Shown: piece by piece, positions 51,564 to 59,705 of the stretch
How positions within the stretch are numbered: the stretch's first letter is position 1
Layout of the letters: every line of letters begins with the position of its first letter
Source of the DNA: an uncultured Solirubrobacteraceae bacterium
GTDB taxonomy: Bacteria > Actinomycetota > Thermoleophilia > Solirubrobacterales > Solirubrobacteraceae
NCBI GenBank assembly: GCA_963703205.1
Contig: OY969799.1
Coordinates: 2,228,032 to 2,292,031, forward strand
Direction of reading: 5' to 3'
DNA length: 64,000 nucleotides
Position numbers and translations under genes: made by a program
The notes under the pieces: generated by a model
What the model saw: only the letters and a program-made list of their open reading frames with translations
Database searches by the model: none
What the model was told of the DNA's origin: nothing

Positions 51564-52151
51564 ATGGCCGAAGAGCTGAACAGCAAGAAGATCGCGTTCC
51601 TCGTGGCGCAGGAGGGCGTCGAGGAGGTCGAGCTGACCGAGCCCTGGAAAGCAGTCGAGCAGGCAGGCGGCGAACCTGTCCTGATCGCCCCCGAAGCGGG
51701 TGAGGTCCAGTCGTTCCAGCACCTCGACAAGAGCGCCACCTATCCGGTGGACGTGACGCTGGCGGACGCCCACCCCGGCGACTACGACGGCGTGGTGCTG
51801 CCAGGCGGCGTCGCGAACCCGGACCAGCTGCGCACCGAGCAGGCGGCGCTGGGGTTCCTGCGCGCGATCTTCTCGGCAGGCAAGCCCGTCGGCGTGATCT
51901 GCCACGGCCCGTGGACACTGGTCGAGGCGGACCTGGTGCGAGGGCGGCGTCTGACCTCCTGGCCTTCGCTGAAGACCGACATCCGCAACGCGGGCGGCGA
52001 GTGGGTCGACGACGAGGTCGTCGTCGACCAGGGGCTAGTCTCGAGCCGCAAGCCCGACGACCTGCCCGCGTTCAACGCGAAGATCGTCGAGGAGTTCGCC
52101 GAGGGCCGGCATGAGGTCGCCGGCGCGGGCGCCACAAAGGGCGCCTCCTGA
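51564..52151 (+). CDS. PfpI/DJ-1 family protein
   Basis: RBS GAGGAG; GVEEVEL, LPGGVANPDQLR, ICHGPW, SRKPDDL. Confidence 0.94.
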   Translation: MAEELNSKKIAFLVAQEGVEEVELTEPWKAVEQAGGEPVLIAPEAGEVQSFQHLDKSATYPVDVTLADAHPGDYDGVVLPGGVANPDQLRTEQAALGFLRAIFSAGKPVGVICHGPWTLVEADLVRGRRLTSWPSLKTDIRNAGGEWVDDEVVVDQGLVSSRKPDDLPAFNAKIVEEFAEGRHEVAGAGATKGAS

Positions 52152-52194
52152 CGAGCGATCGAATTGTCCGACCGCGAACCCTCCGGCAAAGATT

Positions 52195-52226
52195 CTCCCA
52201 CCGGTGTTTTGCTGCACCGGTGGGAG
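52195..52226. terminator. 12-bp perfect hairpin between PfpI gene and sigma gene
   Basis: ctcccaccggtg-ttttgctg-caccggtgggag; no U-tract. Confidence 0.5.
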
Positions 52227-52328
52227 GGGTAGGCTGTGTGCGAGCGACTCTGTAGGAGGACGTAGCGTGATCACCCCCCAGCCGCTTCGGGCGGCTATCG
52301 AAAGGAAGGACGGAACCGACGCAATCGC

Positions 52329-53273
52329 GTGCGGGACCGTTGCTCCGGTGGTGGGGCTGAGCGCCGCGGACTACACGGGGTCCGGGCGCCTTCTGCGCCG
52401 ACCTCGCTGCTAGCCCGCGGCGACACCCGTCCGTCTCGCGACGGCGAGCGAAAGCGCGCCCAGCGGGAGCCTGCGCTGACGGCGGGCCTGCTCGCCCGGC
52501 GGACCAGCACCGCGCCGCACACGGCCGCCGGGCCGGCGGTGAACGAGCTGTTCGCGCGGCTTCGGGAGGAAAACGACACCGTCGCGCGCGAAACGCTCGC
52601 CTCGATGTTCATGCCGCTGGCGCGCCGGCTCGCACAGCGCTACGTGCGCTCCTCCGAGCCACGGGAGGACCTCGTGCAGGTCGCGAGCCTCGGTCTCGTG
52701 AAGGCGATCGACCGCTTCGATCCGAGCCGCGGCCACACCTTCGCGTCGTACGCGATCCCGACGATCCTCGGCGAGCTGCGCCGCTACTTCCGCGACTCCA
52801 CGTGGTCGGTCCACGTTCCCCGTGGCGCCCAGGAGCGCGCGGCAGCGATCGAAACCGCCCAGGAGGCGCTGCGCGGCGAACATCGCGGCGCGCCGACCGT
52901 CGCCCAGATCGCCGATTACCTGGAAGTCAGCAGCGAGGAGGTGCTCGACGGGATGCTGGCGGTGCGCGCCTACGAAGCCGACTCGCTCGACGCACCCGCG
53001 GTGCCGGGCGAGGACGGCGAGGGACGCTCTGGGCTCGACCGGATCGGCAGCGAGGACGCCCGCTACGAGCTGATCGAGGCCGACGTCAGCGCGGCTCCGG
53101 TGATCCGTGAGCTCCCCGAGCGCGAGCGCCGCGTGCTGCACCTTCGCTTCGTTCAGGAAATGAGCCAGAGCGAAATCGCCGCGCAGATCGGCGTCTCGCA
53201 GATGCAGGTCTCGCGGATCCTCGCGCGCTGCCTGGCGCAGATCCGCGAGCAGGCCGACGCGCCGGCCGGCTGA
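52329..53273 (+). CDS. SigB/SigF-family RNA polymerase sigma factor
   Basis: EDLVQVASLGLVKAIDRFDP, YAIPTILGELRRYFRD, SQSEIA..IGVSQMQVSR; true start probably further downstream (e.g. GTG52539). Confidence 0.93.
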   Translation: MRDRCSGGGAERRGLHGVRAPSAPTSLLARGDTRPSRDGERKRAQREPALTAGLLARRTSTAPHTAAGPAVNELFARLREENDTVARETLASMFMPLARRLAQRYVRSSEPREDLVQVASLGLVKAIDRFDPSRGHTFASYAIPTILGELRRYFRDSTWSVHVPRGAQERAAAIETAQEALRGEHRGAPTVAQIADYLEVSSEEVLDGMLAVRAYEADSLDAPAVPGEDGEGRSGLDRIGSEDARYELIEADVSAAPVIRELPERERRVLHLRFVQEMSQSEIAAQIGVSQMQVSRILARCLAQIREQADAPAG

Positions 53274-53297
53274 CGCTGCCGCCGGTGATCGCGTTCC

Positions 53298-53387
53298 ATG
53301 AGCGCGAACCACGACGACCTGGACCTGAACGCGGAGCTGTTCAACCTCGTGCCGGACGCGGACGCGGACCGCTCGACCGCCGCCTGA
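53298..53387 (+). CDS. putative 29-aa acidic peptide
   Basis: MSANHDDLDLNAELFNLVPDADADRSTAA; every sense codon ends in G/C. Confidence 0.4.
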   Translation: MSANHDDLDLNAELFNLVPDADADRSTAA

Positions 53388-53422
53388 CCGCGGCGGGACA
53401 TCCCTGCGGCGGCGCGTTCAGC

Positions 53423-53767
53423 TCAGGCCGTTTTTTCGGCGACGTCATCGACGAACGGCAGCACGCCGTCGAGGCCCGTCAGCTCGAACAGGCGTTGCAC
53501 GATCGGAGGGCCCGGAACGATCTCGAAGCGGCAGCCGTGCTTGGCGCACAGCCCGCTCAGGTGGACGATCGCAGCCAGTCCGGTGGAGTCGATGAAGGTC
53601 AGCCGGCTGAGATCCACGGTGAGCTTCGAGACCTCGCCCCATAGGCGCCCGGCGGAGGCTTCCACCGCAGGCACGCCGGCCAGGTCGAGCTCCCCCTCGA
53701 GGCGCAGGGTGTGCCCCGTCCCGTCGCGAACATCCGTTATCCGCACACTGCCTGCCGGTCCGTTCAT
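53423..53767 (-). CDS. STAS-domain anti-anti-sigma factor
   Basis: LEGELDLA, VDLSRLTFIDSTGL, VQRLFELTGL. Confidence 0.92.
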   Translation of the reverse strand: MNGPAGSVRITDVRDGTGHTLRLEGELDLAGVPAVEASAGRLWGEVSKLTVDLSRLTFIDSTGLAAIVHLSGLCAKHGCRFEIVPGPPIVQRLFELTGLDGVLPFVDDVAEKTA

Positions 53768-53949
53768 CTCGCCCCTCGCTCCGCTTCTCGTAGCTGATCC
53801 GCCTGGGACCGCCGCGGACCCGAGGCGAGCCCACCGCCTTGCCGGCGTCAGAGCGACCGGCACACCGCTTGCGACGGCACGGTCAGACCGGCGATGCTAA
53901 CAGCACTCGACGCGTGCGCAGGGCCCACCCGTCACGCGTCCGAGCGGGG

Positions 53950-53974
53950 GTTTGAGTCCGCGGCGAGCGGGCAT
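53950..53974 (+). promoter_or_regulatory. SigB/SigF-type promoter motif with no clear downstream CDS
   Basis: GTTT-N15-GGGCAT. Confidence 0.4.
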
Positions 53975-54314
53975 TTACGGCACGCGCCCGGGCCAAGCGC
54001 GGCGATCCGGCCCGACGGAAGCTCCCCTCCGGCGCCCGGGCGCACACCTTCCCCGGCGGCTGCAGCGCCGCCGTTCGCGCATGCTCCCCGCGGGTTCGCA
54101 GCCCGCCCGGCGACGCGCCGAACGTCGCCCGCGCGCCGGGGGCTGCGCGAGGGCGCCCCCGAGCGTCGATCGTCGTCCGCGCGCCGGGGCTGAGCCTACG
54201 CACCCTCGAACGGGCGAGCAAGCTCGCGCTTGCGCCGCCGGGCCGAGCATCGCCGAGTCGAGCGGGCGGACGGGCGATGCTCGCGCTTCTGCGGCGCGCT
54301 CGCCCGGTCGCCGC

Positions 54315-55223
54315 TCAGGCCGTGGCGCCGGCCGGCCGGGAGGCTCCTCGCCGTTTCGCGGGCGCGCTGCGTTTGGCCGAGCCTTTGGCGGTGCTCGCCG
54401 CCCGTTTCGCGGTCGTAGCGGTCGCGCGTTTCGCGGCGGAACCGGTGCGTTTCGTGGCTGCGCCCGACCGTTTCGCGGTGGAAGCGGTGCGTTTCGTGGC
54501 GGAGCCGGAGCGTTTCGAGCCGCCGGTGCTCGCGCGTTTTTTCGTCCCGCTGCCGGAGGCCCTGCGGCTCGACGAGGCGCTTTTCGTCCGCGAGGCGGCG
54601 GAGGCGCGCCCGCTGCTGCGGCTCGTCGCTTTTCCGCGCGAGGCTTTGCGCGAGCTTCCGCCGCGCTCGGAGGCCGGCACCTCTTCGCGGATCACCGCGT
54701 TGGTGAGGCCGGGGATCAGTTTCGCGAGGAATCCGGCCATCCGTTCCTCCTCCCGCCGGATCGCGCGTGCGAGCTTCGCTGTGTCCTGGTCGCCGAGCGA
54801 GGAGGCGAGCACCTCGATCGCGGTGTACGTCGCGATCTCCTCGTGCTCCTCGGAGTACTCGGTCTTGGCGTTCTTGAGCATCTTCTCCTGCTCGCCGGTT
54901 CCGCGCACCGCGTGCAGCGGCCCCTTCGCCGCCGCCAGCGCCCTCGATCCGAGCTCGACCGCGACGCCGACGCCCTCCGAGACGACGCTCGGTCCGGGAA
55001 GGTCGATCTGCTGGGCCTCGCCGCCCAGGCGCTTGATGCGGCGCTCGACCTCGCGCGCGTGCCGTTTGGTCTCCGCCAGGTGCTCGCGGAGACGCTTTCG
55101 GTACGGAGGGCGCGTGGTCATCGTGATGTGCGCCTGCAGCGCCGTCTCGAGTTCCTTCTCCTTGCCGTAGGCCTCGTTCAGGTATTGGATCAGCTTCGTG
55201 TCGCGTGCAGTCTGCTCCGTCAC
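54315..55223 (-). CDS. DUF892 ferritin-like protein with histone-like K/R/S/T tail
   Basis: YLNEAYGKE, HLAETKRH, EHEEIATY, IRREEERM; tail of KRxxxxA/T repeats. Confidence 0.85.
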   Translation of the reverse strand: MTEQTARDTKLIQYLNEAYGKEKELETALQAHITMTTRPPYRKRLREHLAETKRHAREVERRIKRLGGEAQQIDLPGPSVVSEGVGVAVELGSRALAAAKGPLHAVRGTGEQEKMLKNAKTEYSEEHEEIATYTAIEVLASSLGDQDTAKLARAIRREEERMAGFLAKLIPGLTNAVIREEVPASERGGSSRKASRGKATSRSSGRASAASRTKSASSSRRASGSGTKKRASTGGSKRSGSATKRTASTAKRSGAATKRTGSAAKRATATTAKRAASTAKGSAKRSAPAKRRGASRPAGATA

Positions 55224-55265
55224 GACTTCCTTTCACGGTCGAGGTTCGAGAATCTCCACTTCGCA

Positions 55266-55290
55266 GTACCCACCTCACGCAAACCGAATC
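55266..55290 (-). promoter_or_regulatory. SigB/SigF-type promoter motif
   Basis: GATT-N15-GGGTAC upstream of DUF892 gene. Confidence 0.5.
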
Positions 55291-55292
55291 GG

Positions 55293-56057
55293 TCAATCAG
55301 GCTGCAGCTCCGCGACCAGCGCCGAGTGATCGGAGAGCTCCCGCTCGCGCCACTCGTGCAGATACCGGCACCCGCTCACGCCGAGCTCGCAGACGAGCAG
55401 GTGGTCGAGCCGGTAGCCGCCCTTCCACCGGCGCCAGCCCCAGCTGATCTCCTTCTGCCCGTAGCCGTGCAGCTCGCGATAGGCGTCCCGGAAGCCGCAC
55501 GGGCCGAGGCCCTTCAGCAGTGCCAGCTCGGCGTGCTCCCAGCGCTCGCCGCGCTCCGGGCGCAGGCGGCCGTAGCGGTCGCGCGCGAACGACCAGAGGG
55601 TGCCGTCGGGCAGCTCGCGCCGCGGCGTGTTCAGATCGCCGCACAGCAGACGCGGCCCCGAGCCCGCGGCCAGGTGGGCGTGCACCGCGAGATTGGTGCG
55701 GAGCTTCGCCTCGTCGGGCTTCGGGCTCGTCGGCGAGTGCACGTTGACGAGCTGCAGCCCGTCCGGCAGGCGCGTCGCCAGCACGCGCTCCGGCCACGGC
55801 AGCCCGGCGACCGGGACGAGGCGCTGGTGCTCCCGCGCCGCCGTCAGCGCCAGCAGCGGCCGTGGGCGCGGGACCGCGGCGGGAGCTGACTCGACGCTCG
55901 TGTAGCCCGCGGCGCGCAGCAGCTCGCGCCAGCGCGGCAGCGTGCTCGGCGTGACCTCCTGCAGGCAGACGAGGTCGGCGTCCAGCGAGAGCAGCGCGTC
56001 CGCCTGCGCGTCGAGCACACGGACGCGTCCGGCGACGTTCCAGCAGACGAGCAGCAC
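55293..56057 (-). CDS. endonuclease/exonuclease/phosphatase (ExoIII-like) protein
   Basis: CWNVAG, VCLQEV, CGDLN, RLDH, LSDH. Confidence 0.9.
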   Translation of the reverse strand: MLLVCWNVAGRVRVLDAQADALLSLDADLVCLQEVTPSTLPRWRELLRAAGYTSVESAPAAVPRPRPLLALTAAREHQRLVPVAGLPWPERVLATRLPDGLQLVNVHSPTSPKPDEAKLRTNLAVHAHLAAGSGPRLLCGDLNTPRRELPDGTLWSFARDRYGRLRPERGERWEHAELALLKGLGPCGFRDAYRELHGYGQKEISWGWRRWKGGYRLDHLLVCELGVSGCRYLHEWRERELSDHSALVAELQPD

Positions 56058-56114
56058 TTCCGAGCGAGGCTAGCCGCTCGCCGCGGCGCTGCGCTACCCG
56101 CCGCGGTGCACCCC

Positions 56115-56205
56115 CTACAGCAGCCAGGTGTTGCCTTCGGCGTCGCCGAAGCTGGGCACACGCCGCGTGGCTGCGAGGCACGTCGAAGCGAGCCGTCCCG
56201 CCACG
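56115..56205 (-). pseudogene. VOC/glyoxalase C-terminal remnant
   Basis: PRSHAACA-[frameshift]-SFGDAEGNTWLL-stop resembles RSYASFASFSDPDGNxWLLQE. Confidence 0.45.
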
Positions 56206-56230
56206 CGAGCGATCTTCTAAGGTCGTCTCG

Positions 56231-57229
56231 ATGCGGCGCAGAGCTCTTGGCAGGAGCGGCCCCGAGGTATCGGAGCTGGGACTTGGATGCATGGGCATGT
56301 CCGGCATGTACGGCCCCGCCGACCGGGCGGAGTCGATTGCCACGATCCACGCCGCCCTCGACGCCGGCATCGACCTGCTCGACACCGGGGACTTCTACGG
56401 GATGGGCCACAACGAGCTGCTGATCGCCGAGGCGCTGAAGGGCCGTCCGCGCGAGCAGTACCTGCTGAGCGTCAAGTTCGGCGCGCAGCGCAGTCCCGCG
56501 GGCGAGTGGCTCGGCTACGACGCGAGCCCGGCCGCGGTGAAGACCGCGCTCGCCCACTCGCTGACACGGCTGGGGGTCGAGCACATCGACGTCTACCGGC
56601 CGGCGCGGCTGGATCCCGACGTGCCGATCGAGGAGACGGTCGGCGCGATCGGCGAGATGGTCGACGCGGGCTACGTCCGTCACATCGGCCTCTCGGAGGT
56701 GGGGGCCGAGACGATCCGGCGCGCCGCCGCGGTCCGCCCGATCTGCGACGTGCAGCTCGAGTACTCGCTGATCTCGCGCGGGATCGAGGGTACGGTCCTG
56801 CCCGCCTGCCGCGAGCTGGGCATCGCCGTGACCGCCTACGGGGTGCTCAGCCGCGGCCTGATCAGCGGGCACTTCTCCGCCGAGCGCGAGCTCGCGCCCG
56901 GCGACTTCCGGGCGCGCGCGCCGCGCTTCGCCGAGGGCAACAGGGAGCGGAACCTCTCCCTGGTCGAGACGCTGCGGGCGACCGCCGCGCGCCGCGGCGC
57001 GAGCGTCGCGCAGCTCGCGATCGCCTGGGTGATGGCGCAGGGCCCGGAGATCGTCGCGCTGGTCGGGGCGAGGACACGGGAGCGGCTCGCAGAGGCACTC
57101 GGCGCCGCCGAGCTGGAGCTGGACGGCGAGCAGCTGGCCGAGCTGGAGGAGGCGATGCCGGCCGGCGAGGCCGCCGGCGAGCGCTATCCCGAGCCGCAGA
57201 TGCGGACGCTCGACAGCGAGCGCGCCTGA
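56231..57229 (+). CDS. aldo/keto reductase
   Basis: LGLGCMGMS, DTGDFYG, RHIGLSE, YGVLSRG. Confidence 0.95.
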   Translation: MRRRALGRSGPEVSELGLGCMGMSGMYGPADRAESIATIHAALDAGIDLLDTGDFYGMGHNELLIAEALKGRPREQYLLSVKFGAQRSPAGEWLGYDASPAAVKTALAHSLTRLGVEHIDVYRPARLDPDVPIEETVGAIGEMVDAGYVRHIGLSEVGAETIRRAAAVRPICDVQLEYSLISRGIEGTVLPACRELGIAVTAYGVLSRGLISGHFSAERELAPGDFRARAPRFAEGNRERNLSLVETLRATAARRGASVAQLAIAWVMAQGPEIVALVGARTRERLAEALGAAELELDGEQLAELEEAMPAGEAAGERYPEPQMRTLDSERA

Positions 57230-57353
57230 GCGCCGCTCAGGCGCCGCGCTGAGCGCCCCGCCGGGTCGGCCCCGCGCGGCCGCGTGGCGGCGAGGGCCCG
57301 GAGCGGCGCCAGGTCCTCGAGCCTCCGGACCGGCGGCAGGTCCTCGAGCCTCT

Positions 57354-57986
57354 TCAATCCCCTGAAGGGGGTATGTGCGCGGCGCGGATGGCGTGCAGCG
57401 CATCGCCGTCGCAGAGCACGACGGCGACGAGCTGCGCACGGGTGTGCACGTCGAGCTTGGCCATCGCGTTGCGGACGTGGCTGCGCACCGTCTCCGGCGA
57501 GACGTGCAGCTGAGCGGCGATCTCGCCGGTGTCGCTCCCGAGCGCGATCAGCATGACGATCTCCCGCTCGCGTCCCGTCAGCGACAGCGCGGCCGCGGTC
57601 CGCTCCGGCCGCTCCCCGCCGTCGTCGTGGACCATCGCCACGTAGATCGCGCGCCTCATCCCGCCGACGTCCGCCAACCGCGCGGCGAAGTCGACCTTCA
57701 GGGTCGAGCCGTCGGCGCGCATCACGTCGCGTGTTCCCGCGTATTCGCCCGTGCGCAGGAAAGCCTCCCATTCAGCCTCCGAGCGCTCGCGTTCGGCCGG
57801 TACCACGTTCTCGCCCATCGAGCTCCCGATCAGCCGTTCGCGCCCGCCGCCGAACAGCTCGACCGCTGCCTGGTTGAGCTCGACGATGATCCGGTGCTCG
57901 TCGAGCAGCGCGACCGGGTTGGAGGTGCGTTCGAACACCATCCAGAAGAGCCCCTCCCAGCCCGTCTCCCCGCGGGATCCGGTCAT
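57354..57986 (-). CDS. PAS + LuxR HTH transcriptional regulator
   Basis: N-terminal PAS; LTGREREIV..IA.G....EIA..LHVSPETVRSHVRNAMAKL. Confidence 0.9.
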   Translation of the reverse strand: MTGSRGETGWEGLFWMVFERTSNPVALLDEHRIIVELNQAAVELFGGGRERLIGSSMGENVVPAERERSEAEWEAFLRTGEYAGTRDVMRADGSTLKVDFAARLADVGGMRRAIYVAMVHDDGGERPERTAAALSLTGREREIVMLIALGSDTGEIAAQLHVSPETVRSHVRNAMAKLDVHTRAQLVAVVLCDGDALHAIRAAHIPPSGD

Positions 57987-58009
57987 GCTCGCAGCCTACT
58001 CTCTTCACC

Positions 58010-58480
58010 GTGGCCGCAACCAGCGCCGGTCTGCTGCTCTACAGGTTCCGCGAAGGGGAGCCCGAGCTGCTGATCGCGCACATGGGCGGACCGTTCTGGG
58101 CGCGGCGCGAAGAGCGCGCGTGGACGATCATCAAGGGCGAGCACGAAGCCGAGGAGCAGCCGCTCGACGCCGCGCGGCGCGAGTTCGCCGAGGAGACCGG
58201 GAGCGTTCCTCCGTCCGGGCCGGTGATCGACCTCGGCGAGGTGCGCCAGTCCTCGGGCAAGCGCGTGCGCGCCTTCGCGATCGAGGGTGAGTTCGTGCCG
58301 CAGACGCTGCGCAGCAACACCTTCACGCTCGAATGGCCACCACGCTCGGGCCGCAGCGCCGAGTTCCCGGAGATCGATCGCGTGCGGTGGTGCACGGTGC
58401 AGGAGGCGCGCCGGCTGCTCGTCGCCGCCCAGACCCGGTTCGTCGACGAGCTGCTGGTGCGACTGGCCGAGCGCAGCTGA
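58010..58480 (+). CDS. NUDIX hydrolase
   Basis: SAGLLLYR, HMGGPFW, KGE...AARREFAEETG, FPEIDR. Confidence 0.9.
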   Translation: MAATSAGLLLYRFREGEPELLIAHMGGPFWARREERAWTIIKGEHEAEEQPLDAARREFAEETGSVPPSGPVIDLGEVRQSSGKRVRAFAIEGEFVPQTLRSNTFTLEWPPRSGRSAEFPEIDRVRWCTVQEARRLLVAAQTRFVDELLVRLAERS

Positions 58481-58484
58481 GCGC

Positions 58485-58877
58485 TCAGGCGCCGGCGGCC
58501 TGCTCCTCGATCTCGACGCGGTCGGCGTAGAAGGCGACGTGGCCCTTGATCGAGGCGACCGCCGCGTGGGGCTCGCGGTACTCCCAGATCGCGTTCTCGC
58601 CGTTCTCGGCGTCCGCGATCGACCAGTAGCTCGCGTCGCCCTTGAAGGGGCAGTAGGTCGCGTGCCCGCTCGGCCTCAGGCGCGCGCGGTCGACGTCCTC
58701 CAAGGGGATGTACTGGACTGGCGGGTAGCTCGCCTCGCGCAGCGTCAGCGCCCGGCCGGTGTCGGCGATCACGCGGCCGGCGGCGCGGACGACCACGCGC
58801 GCCTGGTTCGGCTCGATCGTGATCGGGTGATCGGGGCCGGGCTCCTTGACCGGCTTCTCGGCTGTGGCGTCGGGCAT
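58485..58877 (-). CDS. DUF427 protein
   Basis: DHPITIEP, EASYPPVQYIP, TYCPFKGDASY, VAFY. Confidence 0.9.
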   Translation of the reverse strand: MPDATAEKPVKEPGPDHPITIEPNQARVVVRAAGRVIADTGRALTLREASYPPVQYIPLEDVDRARLRPSGHATYCPFKGDASYWSIADAENGENAIWEYREPHAAVASIKGHVAFYADRVEIEEQAAGA

Positions 58878-59003
58878 CGGCGTCCTCTCTCGTCGGGGCG
58901 GTGACGCGGTGCTCCAAGACGTCGCGTACCTGTGTCCGGCCAGCTTCGCAGGAGCACGCCCGTGCATCAACCGCAGCTGCCCGCGAGCGCCTAGGCTTGG
59001 AGG

Positions 59004-59447
59004 ATGAGCGAACCCGTTCGCGGTGAAGTCCTCGGCGTGCGTCGCGAGAAGCCGCCGCTGCTCGTGCGGTTGGGCATCTCGTGGCTGACCAACGCCCTGG
59101 TGCTGGCGATCGTCGCCGCGCTGCTCTCCGGCGTGCACGTCCGCAACGCGGGATCGCTGCTCGCGGCAGCGGCCGTGTTCGGCGTGCTGAACACCGTGCT
59201 GAAGCCGGTGATGCGCTTCGCGACCCTGCCGCTCGCTGTGCTGACGTTCGGGGCCGCCTGGTTCTTCGTGGCGCTGCTGATGCTGGTGATCACGAAGTCG
59301 ATCGTCGGCGGCTTCCACGTCGCCGGCTTCTGGACGCTCGTCGCCGCGACCCTGATCGTCTGGGTCGTGAACCTCGCGCTCGACTTCACGCCCGGCCCGT
59401 GGCAGGTCACCGGGCGTCGCCGGCGCCTGCGTCGCGACCGCGGCTGA
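59004..59447 (+). CDS. YvlD-like (4-TM 'phage holin family') membrane protein
   Basis: AAVFGVLNTVLKPV...TLP...LTFG, GFHVAGFW. Confidence 0.85.
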   Translation: MSEPVRGEVLGVRREKPPLLVRLGISWLTNALVLAIVAALLSGVHVRNAGSLLAAAAVFGVLNTVLKPVMRFATLPLAVLTFGAAWFFVALLMLVITKSIVGGFHVAGFWTLVAATLIVWVVNLALDFTPGPWQVTGRRRRLRRDRG

Positions 59448-59487
59448 GGGACGGCTGCCCTCGGGGAGGGACGGCTCGCGCCGTCCC

Positions 59488-59661
59488 GGGGCCGCACATG
59501 TGCGGCCCCTGCGGCTCGCACATGTGCGAGCCGGGGCGGCCCACATGTGGCCCGCCCTGCCAGCGGCGCAAAGTGCCCCGGAGCACTGCGCCGTCGCATT
59601 GACACACCGAATGTACACAGGGGTATGCGCCGCTGGCCCGGGCCGTGCATGCACGGCCCGG
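59488..59661. repeat. cluster of 22-24 bp loopless palindromes
   Basis: 59488-59509, 59512-59533, 59534-59557 (core CACATGTG) and 59638-59661 (core GTGCATGCAC). Confidence 0.88.
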
Positions 59662-59705
59662 CCCGGCGCGGCGAAGCCGCGCCGGGTCAGACCCTCACTC
59701 GTCCG

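Noticed and set aside
59004-59447. 'Phage holin family' gene as prophage evidence
   Set aside because: YvlD-like proteins are common chromosomal membrane proteins; no phage genes nearby.
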